A stretch of 64,000 nt of DNA from the human T2T-CHM13v2.0 reference genome, Homo sapiens (GCF_009914755.1 NC_060943.1); one strand, 5' to 3'. Positions 13,708 through 27,239 are shown, counted from the first letter of the stretch. Notes: generated by a model from the letters alone, not told the origin. Translations and numbers: made by a program.

Positions 13708-15849
13708 GATGCTCTCCTGCACGTCACCAGGTCACCGGGAAGCCAGGAAAACTTTGCTGACTGGGAGAGCAGAATTTTCAGAGAGGCAAGGCCAGGTTTC
13801 TGGGAATCCCTGGGCAATGGGGCCAGCATCCTGGCTATTCTGGATTTTACTGCAAGTGTTCGCAGCTGATGCCTGTTTCCAGGAGTCAGGCAGGCTTGCT
13901 TTAAATGCAAAGAGGGGCCGTGATTGACTGCAGAGATCCAGTAAACAAAGAGGGTTAAAAAAATAAAGCTAGGCTTCCTGTCTGCCCTTTGCACACTAAC
14001 AGCTGCTGTTTGCTCGGGCTTCCACATGAGTAACACGGGCGCCCTGATTTCTATTATACAGAACATTAATAAGAGGAAGCACTGACCCTCGATTGCTGAG
14101 AACCAGGTAAATGATGGGGAGGGAAAGCGGCCGAGAAATGGTAAGCATTTTACACCGCACGACTTGAAGGGGAATGCGTTGACTATAAAGATGACGGGTG
14201 TTGTAGCACCGAGGAAAAAAACATAATTTTTCATTGATGTACGGCAGCCAGGCTGGAAGGAACACAAACACTACAGTAGATCCATTAACTGGATGACAAG
14301 AAACAGTGTTCACATCCACTCACTAAACTGTTTTTGATTCTTTAGTACCAACATGCAGAATGATCCTTACATTATGTTGCCAGGGAAAAACCTTAAAATG
14401 CATTTATTTCATAATGTAACTTTCTTGTATTATCATAACAGAGCCACAACAGTTGTTGCAAACACTATGGGGTCTAAAAAAACACCTAAGTACAGTTATT
14501 AAAGGGGAAATTTTTTCAAAGGGGGAAATGTTGTGTGTCTACAAAAGTAAGGGGAAGGAGGGGGATACAGCTCACCTTCCACCTCTCCTTCTGGCCACGG
14601 GAGTTCCGGACCCTGAGCACCCTCAGTCACCGCGGGGCAGGGCTGGGGAGGACCTGGGAGAGGGAAGTGGAAGACGTGAAGGTATTCATGCCCAGTCACT
14701 CTGTGAAATGGAAGATTTGCAGGGATGGATAACAGTCACTGCTGCCATCTAGACTCTGGCTATTCCATTCCTACCCTTCACATGCCCCTGTACTTCCTCA
14801 CCTACTCCCGGTACCCTGGACTGTATGTCCCACCTATATAATGGGGACAAAAATGGTCATTTGGGGCAAGGTGTTGTGGCTCACATCTGTAATCCCAGCA
14901 CTTTGGGAGACCAAGGTGGGAAGATCCCTTGAGGCCAGGAGTTCAAGAACAGCCTGGGCAACACAGCAACATTGTCTTTACAAAAAAAAAAAAATATATA
15001 GCTAGATGTGGTGGTGGCTCATGCCTGCAGTCCCAGCTACTCAGAAGGCTGAGGCAGGAGGATCACTTGAGTCCAGCAGTTTCAGACCAGCCTGGGCAAC
15101 AGAGTGAGACCCTGTCTCTACAAAAAGTTTAAAAATAAGTCGGGTGTGGTGGTGCATGCCTGCAGTCCTAGCTACTCAGGAGGCTGAGGCAGGAGGATCC
15201 CTTGAGCCCAAGAGTTTGAGGATGCAGTGAACTGTGACCGTGCCACTGCACTCCAGCCTGTGTGACAGACACTGCACTCCAGCCTGCATTACAGACACTG
15301 CACTCCAGCCTGTGTGACAGGGCAAGACCGTAACTCTTCAAAAAGTGTTTAAAATTAGCCAGGTGTTGGGTTATGCAGCCTGTAGTCCTGGCTACTCAGG
15401 AGGATAAGAACTGCCTGGGATCCCTTGAGCCCACAAGGGTGAAGCTGCAGTGAACTATGATTGTGCCATTGCACTCCAGCCTAGGTGACAGAGTGAGACC
15501 CTGTCTGGGAAAATTTAAAAAAAAAAAAAAAATGGCCAGCTCATGTCACATGCCTAGGCATGTGCTCAGCAGTAAATGAAAGGTTCTAAGGGGCATTCAA
15601 ATGCACTATTCTGAGGGGCACTGATTTCTATTACATACAACATTAATAAGAGGAAATTGTAAAAAATAAAACATTAGATGGGTATGTACGCTATTGTAGT
15701 CCCTTAAAATGGGACATTCCAATGATGCTCTCCTGGGCCTCACCAGGTCACCTCAAAGCCAGTAAAACTCTGCTTCCTGGCGGAGTAGAATTTCCAGAGA
15801 GGTAAGGCCCAGATCTCTGGGAGTCCCTTTGCAATGGGACCAGCATCCT
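13708..15849 (+). repeat. Local permuted duplication: A 13708-13832 / A' 15724-15849 and B 14044-14078 / B' 15621-15655
   Basis: Manual alignment: A/A' about 82% identical over about 125 bp; B/B' 32 of 35 identical. Confidence 0.9.
14864..15532 (+). mobile_element. Tetrameric AluJ with an internal 26-bp triplication
   Basis: Four consecutive Alu monomers; CACTGCACTCCAGCCTGTGTGACAGA three times at 15244-15320; flanks AAAAATGGTCA / AAAAATGGCCA. Confidence 0.9.
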
Positions 15850-16691
15850 AGTTCCCTGGTCTTAACCAAAAGGGTGTCCTCAGGAGGCAAGAGTAAGTTT
15901 CCAGGAGGCAGGTAATTTGTCTTCCCCACTGTGGTCACCAAGCAGACAGCCCACACCCAGCGACTCTACCATAGCCAGGCTCTGAAGGAGCCAGCCCCAG
16001 GGTTGGAATCTTGGCTCTGCTACATCCTCCGAACCCCCAGAATGGTAGTTCTCATTAGTGGTACTACTATAGCCAATACACTCCATTTCCAGCACAGAGC
16101 TCTGGTGTGAGTGGTGCCCCCCACCAGGAAGGACCTTGCCTGCTGCCACTGAAGGCAGTGAGGAGAGCTGTGGCAGATGCAAAAACAAAGTGTGCGGCAG
16201 TAGAAGAGCAAGTGAGGAAGGCTTCCTGGAGGAGGCAGCACTTTGAGACTTGGGGCTTAACAGACACATGAGTGGCAAAGGCATTCTCACAAAATGAGCA
16301 GGTAGACGGAGACGACGTGTGCAGGTGGCAGGTGGGATTGTCTGGGGCAGCCAAAGCCCAGCCCATGCATGGAAGACAGCTGGACCCGAGGCTGCAGAGA
16401 GGAGGGGCAGGGTAGGAGGTATGGAGAGCCTGGTGCTAAGGCCAGCTTGCAGGCTGGCCTCCGTGACTGGCTGGAAATAGTGAGTGGGATAAGAAGGAAG
16501 GGACAGGAGTGACCTCTCAACTTATTTTCTTCCTTGGATCCCTGGGTGGTAGGCATCCACATGGGGAAGCCGAGCCAATTTGGAGGAGACAATGAGATGA
16601 CCAGGACAGGTAATAACACGGAGGATAATGGCAATGCCAACACTGCAGACAACATCAGTCTTTCCATTGAATGAGGCAAAATACAAAAAGA

Positions 16692-17080
16692 GGTCGGGTG
16701 CAGTGGCTCATGTCACTAATCCCAGCACTTTGGGACTCTGAGGCAAGAGGGTCGCTTGAACCTGGGATTTTGAGACCAGCCTGGGCAACACAGTGAGACC
16801 CCCAACTCTACAAAAAATACAAAAATGTTAGCTGGGCATGGTGGCTCATCCCTGTAGTTCCAGCTATTCAGGAAGCTGAGGCAGGAGGATTGCCTGAGCC
16901 CAGGAGGTCAAGGCTGCAGTGAGCTATGATCGCACCACTGCAGTCCAGCCTGGGTGACAAAACAAGACCCTGTCTCAAAGAAGAAAAGCAGAAGAAGGAG
17001 AAGAGGAAGGAGAAGACAGAGAGGAAGAGGAAAAAGAGGAGGAAGAGGAAGAGAAAGAGGAAGGGAGAGAGGAAGGATAG
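16692..17080 (+). mobile_element. AluJ with a GA-rich expanded tail
   Basis: Alu body 16692-16980, then a purine tract. Confidence 0.95.
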
Positions 17081-17194
17081 AAAATCCCAGGTAGTGTGAA
17101 GATGTAAATGTGGCAAAACAAAAACCATAAAACCCCAGGTGAAAATTGGATGAACATTTTTATAATCTTGGAATAGGGTGGATTCACAAAATAT

Positions 17195-17410
17195 CCTTTT
17201 TTAAAAAAAAAAGTGTAATTCTTTTTTATAAGGGGTACAAGTGCAGTTTTGCTCCGTGGATATATTTCACAGTGGTGAAGTCTGGCCTTTTAGTATAGCC
17301 ATCACCCCAAGAGTGTACATAATACCCGTTAAGTAATTTCTCATCCTTCACTCCTCTTTCACCCTTCAGAGTCTTCAATGACTACTCTTCCACACTCTAT
17401 GTCCATGTGT
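17195..17410 (-). mobile_element. L1 (L1PB/L1MA) 3' end fragment
   Basis: GGGGTACAAGTGCAGTTTTG...GTGGTGAAGTCTGG...AAGTAATTTCTCATCC. Confidence 0.85.
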
Positions 17411-18132
17411 CTAAAATATCATTCTAAAGTCACACCTGCTGCCCAAACCATCACCATGACCTGCCCCTCCCTTGGGCTAAAAACAGCTTTGTCATTAAGA
17501 CTGCTTTATTAAGATGCCAATTCTCCCTGGGAGGTGGGATCACCTGCAGAAGTGGCTTATGGGCTTTCTTTCCAATCCTACAATGCACAGGAGAAGCGAC
17601 GGGGCTTGGCAGAAGACATCTTGGTTTGGAAGTAAGGAGGAGAGCTGGGGAGAAGACATGATCCTTGGAACCCCAAGGAGGGACAGCAGCTCCCAAGATT
17701 TCTGGGTTGCAGGAGGGGGATTTCTCTGCCACTCCCTCCCCACGAGGAACCCAGTCCTGTGCCCTGCGTTGTAGATGATAAAAAGATCATTACGAGTCGA
17801 TGTACTACATGAATAGGTTCAGTGTCTAGGGGTGAAGGGAAGGCCCAGACTTAAACTCTTCTGACCAAGTTAGTCTAGGAATCAAACATGTCCTAGCCGA
17901 GAGAGTCCCGTGGCATCCAAAGGACTCTGAAATCCCTCCACCAGCCAGATTCCCTCTTTCATGAGACTTCATGGAAGTTGCCTGTTGATGCTAGTTCACA
18001 TTTTAACGTCAGATCACCTAGCTGGGTACAAAAGGGAATCAGTAGAACCTAGAGAATGCAGGTAAAGTAGCCGTTTTCTGCTTTACTGCTGTGGTTCAGC
18101 TCTTAGGCTTTGACAAAGGTGATGGCTTCTGG

Positions 18133-18576
<444 letters not shown>

Positions 18577-18762
18577 CTAAGGCCAGACTTCAGCCCCAAA
18601 TCTCTACTGGCTGCCTCTTGGGATATACAGAAACCTAATCTCCAATAGGCATTCCTTGAAGCAAAAAATACCCTATTCCTTACTTTTTTATTTCATTTTA
18701 AGGGACTTTTTTTGGTTTTAATTTTCCAATGAACATGGTTTGCACTAACATGATAATTGCAC

Positions 18763-18766
<4 letters not shown>

Positions 18767-18818
<52 letters not shown>
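18767..18818. repeat. (TA)26 microsatellite
   Basis: Uninterrupted TA run. Confidence 0.98.
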
Positions 18819-18819
<1 letters not shown>

Positions 18820-18949
18820 TGTTTCTTGGTGTGATTCCCATGAATAATTCAACATGAGAGGTACGCCTTGGAAAATTATCACATGAAATTCACAGAGAGA
18901 AGCTAGAACCAAGTTGGAGGGTCAGCTGTCTAACATCTTGTTATCTGTC

Positions 18950-20030
18950 CAGAAGTAGCCATAAATTCACGCAAAAAGCAAAATCTCCGGTTCCTGGGAG
19001 CAGAAGGGTCGCTGGAAGCCAATCAGGAGGACATGGCTTTATTTAATTGAGGACTAAATATCTTTGGGATTGTTGTTTGTCTCCCAAGGACGGTCACTTT
19101 GCTGTAAAGGCAATGTCAGTGTTTCCCTGGTGGTTCCATTCCCTGGTTAGACCCGGATTTCCTCTCTGCATTACATATTCCATATTATAAGGGTACAATC
19201 TGCCAAGCCAGTATTTGGATTCTCAGCATCGTACCCCATATCCCGGAGCCCATGTTGCCCCCTTCCCCGCCTCAGTCAGGTACTCAGAGGCCCCCACTCA
19301 TTAGCCACAGAGTCACAGAGACTCGCATGGTATTAAGACAGCAATATCATCTTATTGGCTATTAGCACAAATGTGCCAATAAACATAGTGCATAAAAATT
19401 ATACATATTCCCTCAGAGTCCATAATCCCGAACTGATATGGCATAATGCAAAACACACTTCCCCAAAAGTAGTGCTTAAAGTCACGGTGTACAAATTGAA
19501 TTTTAAATAAATTTCCTGAAACATCATCAGTGGTTCTGGCCACATTAGCAATACACATTTGCTAAAAATAAAGTGCAGAATGGCTGTGCCCAGCCCAACC
19601 CCAAAGGGATGGGACCAGTGGGCATTTATTTGCCCTCAAGTGGTTTCAGAGTTGGGCTGGCTGCACATGTGTTCAGGTGCAGTTGTTACAACAGCCCAAT
19701 AGCTTCCCCTCAAGGGTTTCCCCTAATTATCAGTGATCATCAGGTTCCAAAAGTCAGCTTGTCTTCACCTCATTCTCTATCAAAGAGGGAGATGTTAATT
19801 GCATTATCGCCTTGCCAACACCCTCTGAAATGATGGCAGTGATCATTAACAGCCTACCACGGAGCCAATCAGAGTCAATCCAAATTCAGAACCAGCCAAT
19901 GGAGTGCTTCCTAATCCCACGTGTGTGTAAACACTGAAAACATAAAAACACAAGGCAGCCATTGTGGAGAATGGGGTGCTGGGGGTGCTGAAGACCAGAT
20001 CCGCCATCAACTCCATAAAATATTTCACTG
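18950..20030. promoter_or_regulatory. Candidate enhancer region with posterior HOX/CDX-type sites
   Basis: Repeat-free; CCATAAA 18959, CCAATAAA 19376, CATAAA 19391, CCATAAAA 20013; many TAAT cores. Confidence 0.3.
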
Positions 20031-21028
20031 GTTAATACAAACACACACAGACACGCATACACATACACACACACACATGCACATGCACACAACGCAGTGA
20101 AAAGCTAGAAGATCCCCACAAGCCTTATGATTTTTTCCCCCAGCCCTCTGCATCCCAGACCAAGCTAATTGACCAGCAAAGAAATTCAAAGTAATGCCCA
20201 GTTGTCTGGTTTTATTTAATGAAGAACCTCTCCAAGAATGCTGTCAGCATGTCACCTTTCACAGATAAATAAATATTTGTGGTTCCTTGCATGTTAGTTT
20301 CAGTAGACACCAAGACCAAAAATAATTTGCCCTTGTTCACTTGACTTCCTTTCTTAAATGTACAAAGTAAGGCTGTGGTTTTCCTAAGTGTGTTCTCATT
20401 CATGGCTCACCTAAGAAGATGCCCTTTGGACTGACCTAGAATCCAACTATCAAAATCCTGCTCAAAACTACTCAAGCCCTGGTTCAAACCCCAACCCCCC
20501 ATATCTCCTTTTTCAACCCCATCCAAAGAGGGATGAGTCATTGAATAGTTGATATCTTTCTGCTGTTAAGAGCGCTTTCAAAAACTTAATCCTCAAGGGA
20601 AAAGTGGGCAAATAAACAACGCACAAGAGAAGAAATATACACACACAAGAGACGTATGGAAATGTATTCAACCGCCACCATAAAAGAAATTCCAATTTTA
20701 AAAATTTTGATCTATCAAACAAACAACTTGGCAGAGACTACCTCTTATTTGGAAATCTAGGCTGTCACTCTCCCACAAAGCTCACAGAGCCAAACTTACC
20801 AGGGGGACAAATATTTCAAAATAAAGGGGACTCACTACATAGGATTTTCTCTTCTAGGACTTCACCTTAAAGAAATATCCAGAGGGCACCAAGTGATCAA
20901 TGGTTAAAAAAAAAAAAAAAAAATTGGCCACAACTTCACTAGTAATGTGAAAAAATCAGAAGCAACTCAATGTTTGCCAAAAAGGAAATGGTCAAACAAT
21001 ATGATGCATCTGTCAGAAGACAAAACTG

Positions 21029-21478
21029 CAACTGACCCTTGAACAACATGGGTTTGAATTTCTTGGGTCCACTTACATTCAGATTTTCTTCCACCTCGCC
21101 ATCCAAGACAGCAAGACCAACCCCTCCTCTTCCTCCTCTTCCTCAGCCTACTCAATGGGAAGATGATGAGGATGAAAACCTTTGTGATAATCCATTTCCA
21201 CTTAGTGAACAGCAAATGCATTTTCTTTTCCTTATGACTTTTTTAATAACATTTTTGCTCTAGCTCACTTTATTGTAAGCATACAGTATGTAATACATGT
21301 AACATTAAAAATATGTATTAAGTGATTGTTTCTGTTATTGGAAGGAGTCCAGTCAGCAGTAGGTACTAGTAGCTAAGTTTTAGGGAAGTCAAAATTATAT
21401 GTAGAGTTTCAAAGGCACGATGGGTGGGTGGAGAAGAATGGGCATCCCTAACCCCCAGGGTATTCAAGAGACAACAGC
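21029..21478 (+). mobile_element. Tigger2a (MER28) DNA transposon
   Basis: CAACTGACCCTTGAACAACATGGGTTTGAA start, internal ACAGCAAGACCAACCCCTCCTCTTCCTCC, degenerate right TIR. Confidence 0.9.
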
Positions 21479-21857
21479 ACAACAAATGAGTTTAAAGTGC
21501 TCAATTGGCTTTATTTGCAATTCTAGAACCAGGCAACACTTTATTCCAAAACACAGAATGAGTAATCCAGTGAGCCCCGCAGAATTTGCTTTATTGACAG
21601 AGAAGGCTGAAGAAAGCAGAAACAAAGAACAAAGGGAGGATTCGTTACTTTTAGACAGAACAATAGAAAAATAACTGATTAGTTAATATCAGGTTACTCC
21701 AGGCTTCCTTTTTTGTGTGAGGATTAAAGCAGAGGGAACTTCATTATCATGCGGATTGAGGACTGAAACAGACCTGTTTGGGAAAGTGGCTGTTATCTCT
21801 CTCCCGATTTCTGAGAAGGTCAGATAACAACTGAGTTTAGTTTTGGTGACGGGGAAC

Positions 21858-22880
21858 TGAAACAGATCCAACACTTCCTTAGACAGTGCTTTCGGATAAA
21901 CATAGATACTAACTCTTCTGCTCTTAAAGCTTATTTATTTTTTGTTTTGTTTTGTTTTTAAAATTTTATCTTACTTTATGTTCTAGGATACATGTGCAGA
22001 AAGTGTGGGTTTGTTACATGATTAAATATGTGCCATGGTGGTTTGCAGCACCTATCAACCTGTCATCTAGGTATTAAACCCCACGTGCATTAGATATTTG
22101 TCCTGATGCTCTCCCTCCCCTCGTCCCGGCAACAGGCCCTGGTGTGTGTTGTTCCCCTCCCTATGTCCATATTTTCTCATTGTTCAACTCCCTCTTATAG
22201 GTGAGAACATGCGGTGTTTGGTTTTCTGTTCCTGTGTTAGTTTGCTGAGAGTGGTGATTTCCAGCTTCATCCATGTCCCTGCAAAGGACATGTTCTCATT
22301 CCTTTTTATGGCTGCATAGTATTCCATGGTGTATATGTACCACATTTTCTTTATCCAGTCTATCATTGATGGGCATTTGGGTTGGTTCCATGTCTTTGCT
22401 ATTGTGAATAGCGCTGCAATGAACATATGTGTGCCTGTATCTTTGTAAAATAATGATTTATATTCCTTTGGGTTTCTACCTAGTCATGGGATTTCTGGGT
22501 CAAATGGTATTTCTGGTCATTTGTTTAATCTGAATTCCTTCCTCAGGAAAACACTCCCAGACCCCTCAAAAAGTATGAAAGAACTGAAACTCACCAGATC
22601 ACCACATCCAGACAAGGAGATGCCAGACCCCTCACTCATCATGATTGCCTCCTCACCATTCCCCAGTTCCTATTTTCCAACACTTGTTACATTTCTTCCC
22701 TGCTGCATAAGCCTCTAATTTTAGACAGCCAGGGAGAGGAATTTGAGACTGACCTCCCATCTCCATGGCTGCAACACCCGATTAAAGCCTTCTCCCTTGG
22801 CAATAATTGTTTTCTCAGTAATTGGCTTTCTATGTGGTGAGAAGCAGGGCCTAGACAGAACCCCTGGTGTTTTGGTAACA
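21858..22880 (+). mobile_element. Second ERV1 solo LTR (MER72-like, name uncertain), split by an L1PA
   Basis: TG...CA termini (TGAAACAGATCC...TTGGTAACA); ATTAAA polyA signal near 22781. Confidence 0.8.
21931..22517 (-). mobile_element. L1PA 3' fragment (ORF2 C-terminus and 3'UTR)
   Basis: ORF 22184-22426 MFIAALFTIAKTWNQPKCPSMIDWIKKMW is the L1 ORF2p C-terminus. Confidence 0.95.
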
Positions 22881-23504
22881 GCATGTTAGAATGAGGAACT
22901 CCATTTTGATTTTTAGTCTGGTCTGTTGAAGCCTAGTGCAGAAGCTTAGTCGAAAACAATAGCCTCCTATAACTTTTATTTAACACATCTATAAAATGCA
23001 ACTCTGTGAATTCTTAAAATCGAACCAAAAAAAGTCTGAAAACCATCAAGGACATAGAAAATGTTTACAATATGTTAAGGAGGAGGAAAAAAAAGGGCAG
23101 GATATAAAAACTATATGTATAGTTGAATCCCAATTTTGAAAAAATAGTAAGACATCTAAATGCCCACAGGCCTGTAAAGAAATGCATAAAAAATTTAACA
23201 AGGTTTATCTCTGGATAGCGGGATTACAGGCAGTTTTTATTTTCTGCTTGAAACTTCCCTGTATTTCTGAATGTTCAAAAATAAATTTGTATTACTCCTA
23301 TATTCAAAAAGCAATGTTTTGCTTTTGTTCTTTACAGGCTCTGAACCCCCACAGCTCTTGCTGTCAGAATGACTTACCGCAAACTGCACACGACCCCCCA
23401 GCTCTGCAAGAACTCGTTCTGGCTTCTGCTCCTGGCTCAGCCTCCTGAAGCCCAGGAATCAAGGCTTCTCCTCCCTTGCTCCTCACCCAAGGTCTATGGG
23501 CTTA

Positions 23505-23975
23505 GCTCTTCTTCTTGTTCTTTAGATTTAAGGGGTACATGTGCAGATTTGTTACAGGGATATATTGTGTGATGCTGAGGATTGGGGTACAAGTGATTCT
23601 GTCACCAAGGTAGTGAGCATAGCACCGAATAGGTATTTTTTCAGCCTTTACTCCCTCCCTCCCCTCTAGTAATCCTCAGTTGTCTGCTTTCCATCTTTGT
23701 GTCCATGAGTACCCAATGTTCGGCTCCCACTTATGAGTGAGAACATATGACATTTGCTTTTCTGTTTCTGTGTTAATTTACCTAGAATAATGGCCTCCAC
23801 CTGCATCCATGTTGCTGCAAAGGACAGGATTTCATTCTTTTTTGTGACTGTGTAGTATTTCATGGTGTAAATGTGCCACATTTTCTTCATCCAATCCACT
23901 GTGGATGAGCACCTGGGATGGTTCCATGTCACTGCTATTGTGAATAGCACTGCAGTGAACATACATGAGCAGGTT
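23505..23975 (-). mobile_element. L1PA/L1PB 3' fragment
   Basis: ORF 23666-23962 MFTAVLFTIAVTWNHPRCSS matches the ORF2p C-terminus. Confidence 0.92.
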
Positions 23976-24229
23976 CCTCTTTTGAATTCAGTTCCTTATT
24001 TTTGATGTTTGCCCTCAATTGCCCACACTCTGACCACTTAGCTCATACCAACAAGCCCCAGACAAGGTGTCTTGTTTCTGAGGAATTAGAGGGCAGGAAT
24101 AGGGAAAGGAAGAAAGAGGAAGTAAAAGGTGTAAGAAATTCTCCTTGCTCATGATAGAAAGCTGTAGACCCAGCTTGGGCATGCGTTTCATTCACAGGGA
24201 TTTCTTTTTAGGGGGTTATATATCCAGCT

Positions 24230-24710
24230 TTATTTTTTATTATAATCTTTTTTATTTGTATGAATGGATAGGGTGCGAGTACAATCATGTTACATGCATA
24301 GATTGTGCAGTGGTGAAGTCAGGGCTTTAGAGCATCCATCCTCTAAATAACATGCATAGTACCCAATGAGTAATTTCTCATTATCCACCTCCCGTCCACC
24401 CCACCCCCTTCTGAGTCTCCATCGTCTACCATTCCACGCTCTACATCCACGTGTACACATTATTTAGCTCCCACATATCAGTGAGAACACGCAATATCTG
24501 TTTTTCTGTTTCTGGCCTGTTTCACTTAAGGTGACGACCTCCAGTTCCATCCATATTGCTGCAAAAGACATGATTTATTTATGGCTTAATAGTATTCCAT
24601 TGTGTATATGTACCATATTTTTTCCACCCATTTGTTGATGAACACTTAGGTTAAGCAGTACTACAATAAACATACAAATGCAGGTATCTTTTTTGTATAA
24701 TGATTTCATT
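24230..24710 (-). mobile_element. L1PB/L1MA 3' fragment
   Basis: GTGGTGAAGTCAGGGCTTT...AGTGAGAACACGC...TAGTATTCCATTGTG. Confidence 0.88.
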
Positions 24711-24828
24711 TTACAGAAATTTCTTGATAATTAGTTGTCATAAGAGTGAGGGATGGGGTGATACTGTGGCCTGCAGTTCCATCTGTGAGCCTCTGCCTTG
24801 GGTGGCCTGAAAAAGATGAGGATTTTCA

Positions 24829-25165
<337 letters not shown>

Positions 25166-26450
25166 CAGGGATTTTCTTCTTTCCATTGGGACCTCAGCTC
25201 CCAGGTGGGCTGATGATCACATCACCAAACCAAACGTAATTCCAGCAATGGACAGAGATACAGAATTCTGTTCCGATACTACAGTAAAATGAGCTATGTT
25301 GGACTTAGGGTCATCGTCTCATACAATACTTTCCCAACAGGCTGGCAAGGGAACAGTGGCTTTTTCCCGGTTTTACTTTGCACACTACCTTGGATCCTAC
25401 CCCTGAGTACCCTATGAATGTGCCATTTTGTTTGGTCCTGAAGTGTGTACTTTCCCCATCCTGTCAGTTTCCTGGGAAGACTGTCAGTGCCCCTGATGCC
25501 CTGCGCCTCCCTCACAATTTTCCTGCCATTCTCCCACCCTGGCCAGCAGTGGGAGCATGCCCCAAGCAGCAGGGGGGTCGTCCCACCATCATAGCTATTG
25601 CCGGCCTGAGATGATAGATGCCACTGTGGAAGGGACAGAAGAGCTTCCATCTAACCGCTCCTACTGACCTCACCATCAGTGATGCAGATGTACTTGTCAC
25701 ATCATAAACACTTGGCACCCATTGGCTCTTCCCCAAATGGCTATCAGAATTGCAGTTTCAGCCACCAGCAGCTCTCCGATGGGCACAGGCTCCACTTATG
25801 GCTGCTTTGGAATGGCAAATCCATCACTCTCTTTGCCTGTAAAATGCCAAGGAGACTGATCTAAGCAGGGGGTTCCCATCCATGGCCTGCTCTAGGCCTG
25901 AAGGAACACAGATGGCATTTGCAGGAAGATGACATCTCACCATCCCCATCTGAGCAAAGCCTGCCCATCAAACAACCAAAGGATAGCCAGTCCCCTGCAC
26001 AGTGTAAAGTGACTTGCAGTGATCCTCTTCCCCAAGGCCAGCCCCAGCTCTCAGACCTCCAGTCCCAACAAGTCTTTTTTTGCAAAGGAGGCTCACCCTG
26101 GAACATGGCTCTCCCAAGGGGAGACAGGAACGGATGTTGACTTCATCCCAGCAGCTTCTGACACAATGCCACTATCTTTCAACTTTCTCCACCAACAGGG
26201 TCAGGCTGTTGATTGGCCTCGACTGCAGTTAGCCTGACACGGCTAGCAGCCTCAAAACAAATTAAACGAGGCAGGGATGCCGTGCAGTGATCGTTCCATT
26301 ATGTCCCCTCTGCTTCCACACGTGACTCACACTATCACTTTTAGAAGGTGAAGCATCTTATTGAATCAACACCTAATCTGCACACAGTGTCACGGAGGAG
26401 GGGCGAGGGGACAGCGGGAGCATTTTCTCTGATCCTTTTCTTTCCTGAAG

Positions 26451-26515
26451 ACTTCGCTGGAGACAGGCTGGGTGGGGGCGAAGATGAATTGTGAGGAACC
26501 CTGACCCTATTTCAG
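26451..26515 (+). other. Candidate 65-nt non-coding internal exon
   Basis: CTGAT branch-like site plus TCCTTTTCTTTCCTGAAG acceptor (AG 26449-26450); CAG|GTAAGC donor; stops in all three frames. Confidence 0.35.
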
Positions 26516-27239
26516 GTAAGCTTCTGATTTACTGTTCATTGTGCTTTCTAACGAGTAATTTTTATATAATAATGCCACCAGTAAGCACCAAACCCTTCTT
26601 CTTGGGAATGCAATTAAGGGAAAAATTAGCAATAAATTGTTTTCAGTACTTAACCCAGCTCCAAATTTATGGCTGCTGAAATTTATTGTTTCAGGGGCCT
26701 GAAAAATGGCGATTAATTTTATCCCATTTCCTGCCATTCACCCTCAAAACTGAAATATAAATAAGGAGCTGTTCTCGGCCTCGGGTTTTCCTGCCTGTTA
26801 GAACCCTCAAAACTACAGCTCTCCAGACAGCTACCTCTGAAGGCTCCTGAAGCTTAGAAACAGAGAGGAAAACACCCCTTTATCTGCACGTGTCTCCACC
26901 ACTGCAATTGCTGGAAGCTCCACGAGTGCCCTCGGTGCACAGATGTGCTTTACAACAGAGTGACTGTAAATGAGAAAACACTAAGTTAGGCTCTGACGGC
27001 CAATGCTGGATGTATCCGTTTGCCCTATAAATAAGCACTGATCACCTCCATTTTATTGAACTCATTTTCTAGGCAAGCAAAGACCACAAGATTCTTCTGC
27101 ACATTTTCTCTTTACACCCTCTAGTACTGCTGCTACTGTCAGCTCCGACAGATTTATAGCCCATTCATTCATGGGAACAAAAACCCTGCCACGGCTGGTC
27201 ATGGGACACGCAATAGCAGTTAGTTCAAAAGATAACAGC

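Larger units (their letters stand above)
21480..22986 (-). mobile_element. ERV1 MER4-group LTR split in two (21480-21857 and 22881-22986)
   Basis: CTCAATTGGCTTTATTTG...AAGGTCAGATAACAAC resumes as ACTCCATTTTG...CCTAGTGCAG...TTTTATTTAACA after the nested inserts. Confidence 0.75.

Noticed and set aside
23318-23495. Strong plus-strand acceptor TTTTGCTTTTGTTCTTTACAG at 23337
   Set aside because: No convincing downstream donor (AAG|GTCTAT is weak) and it abuts L1 remnants
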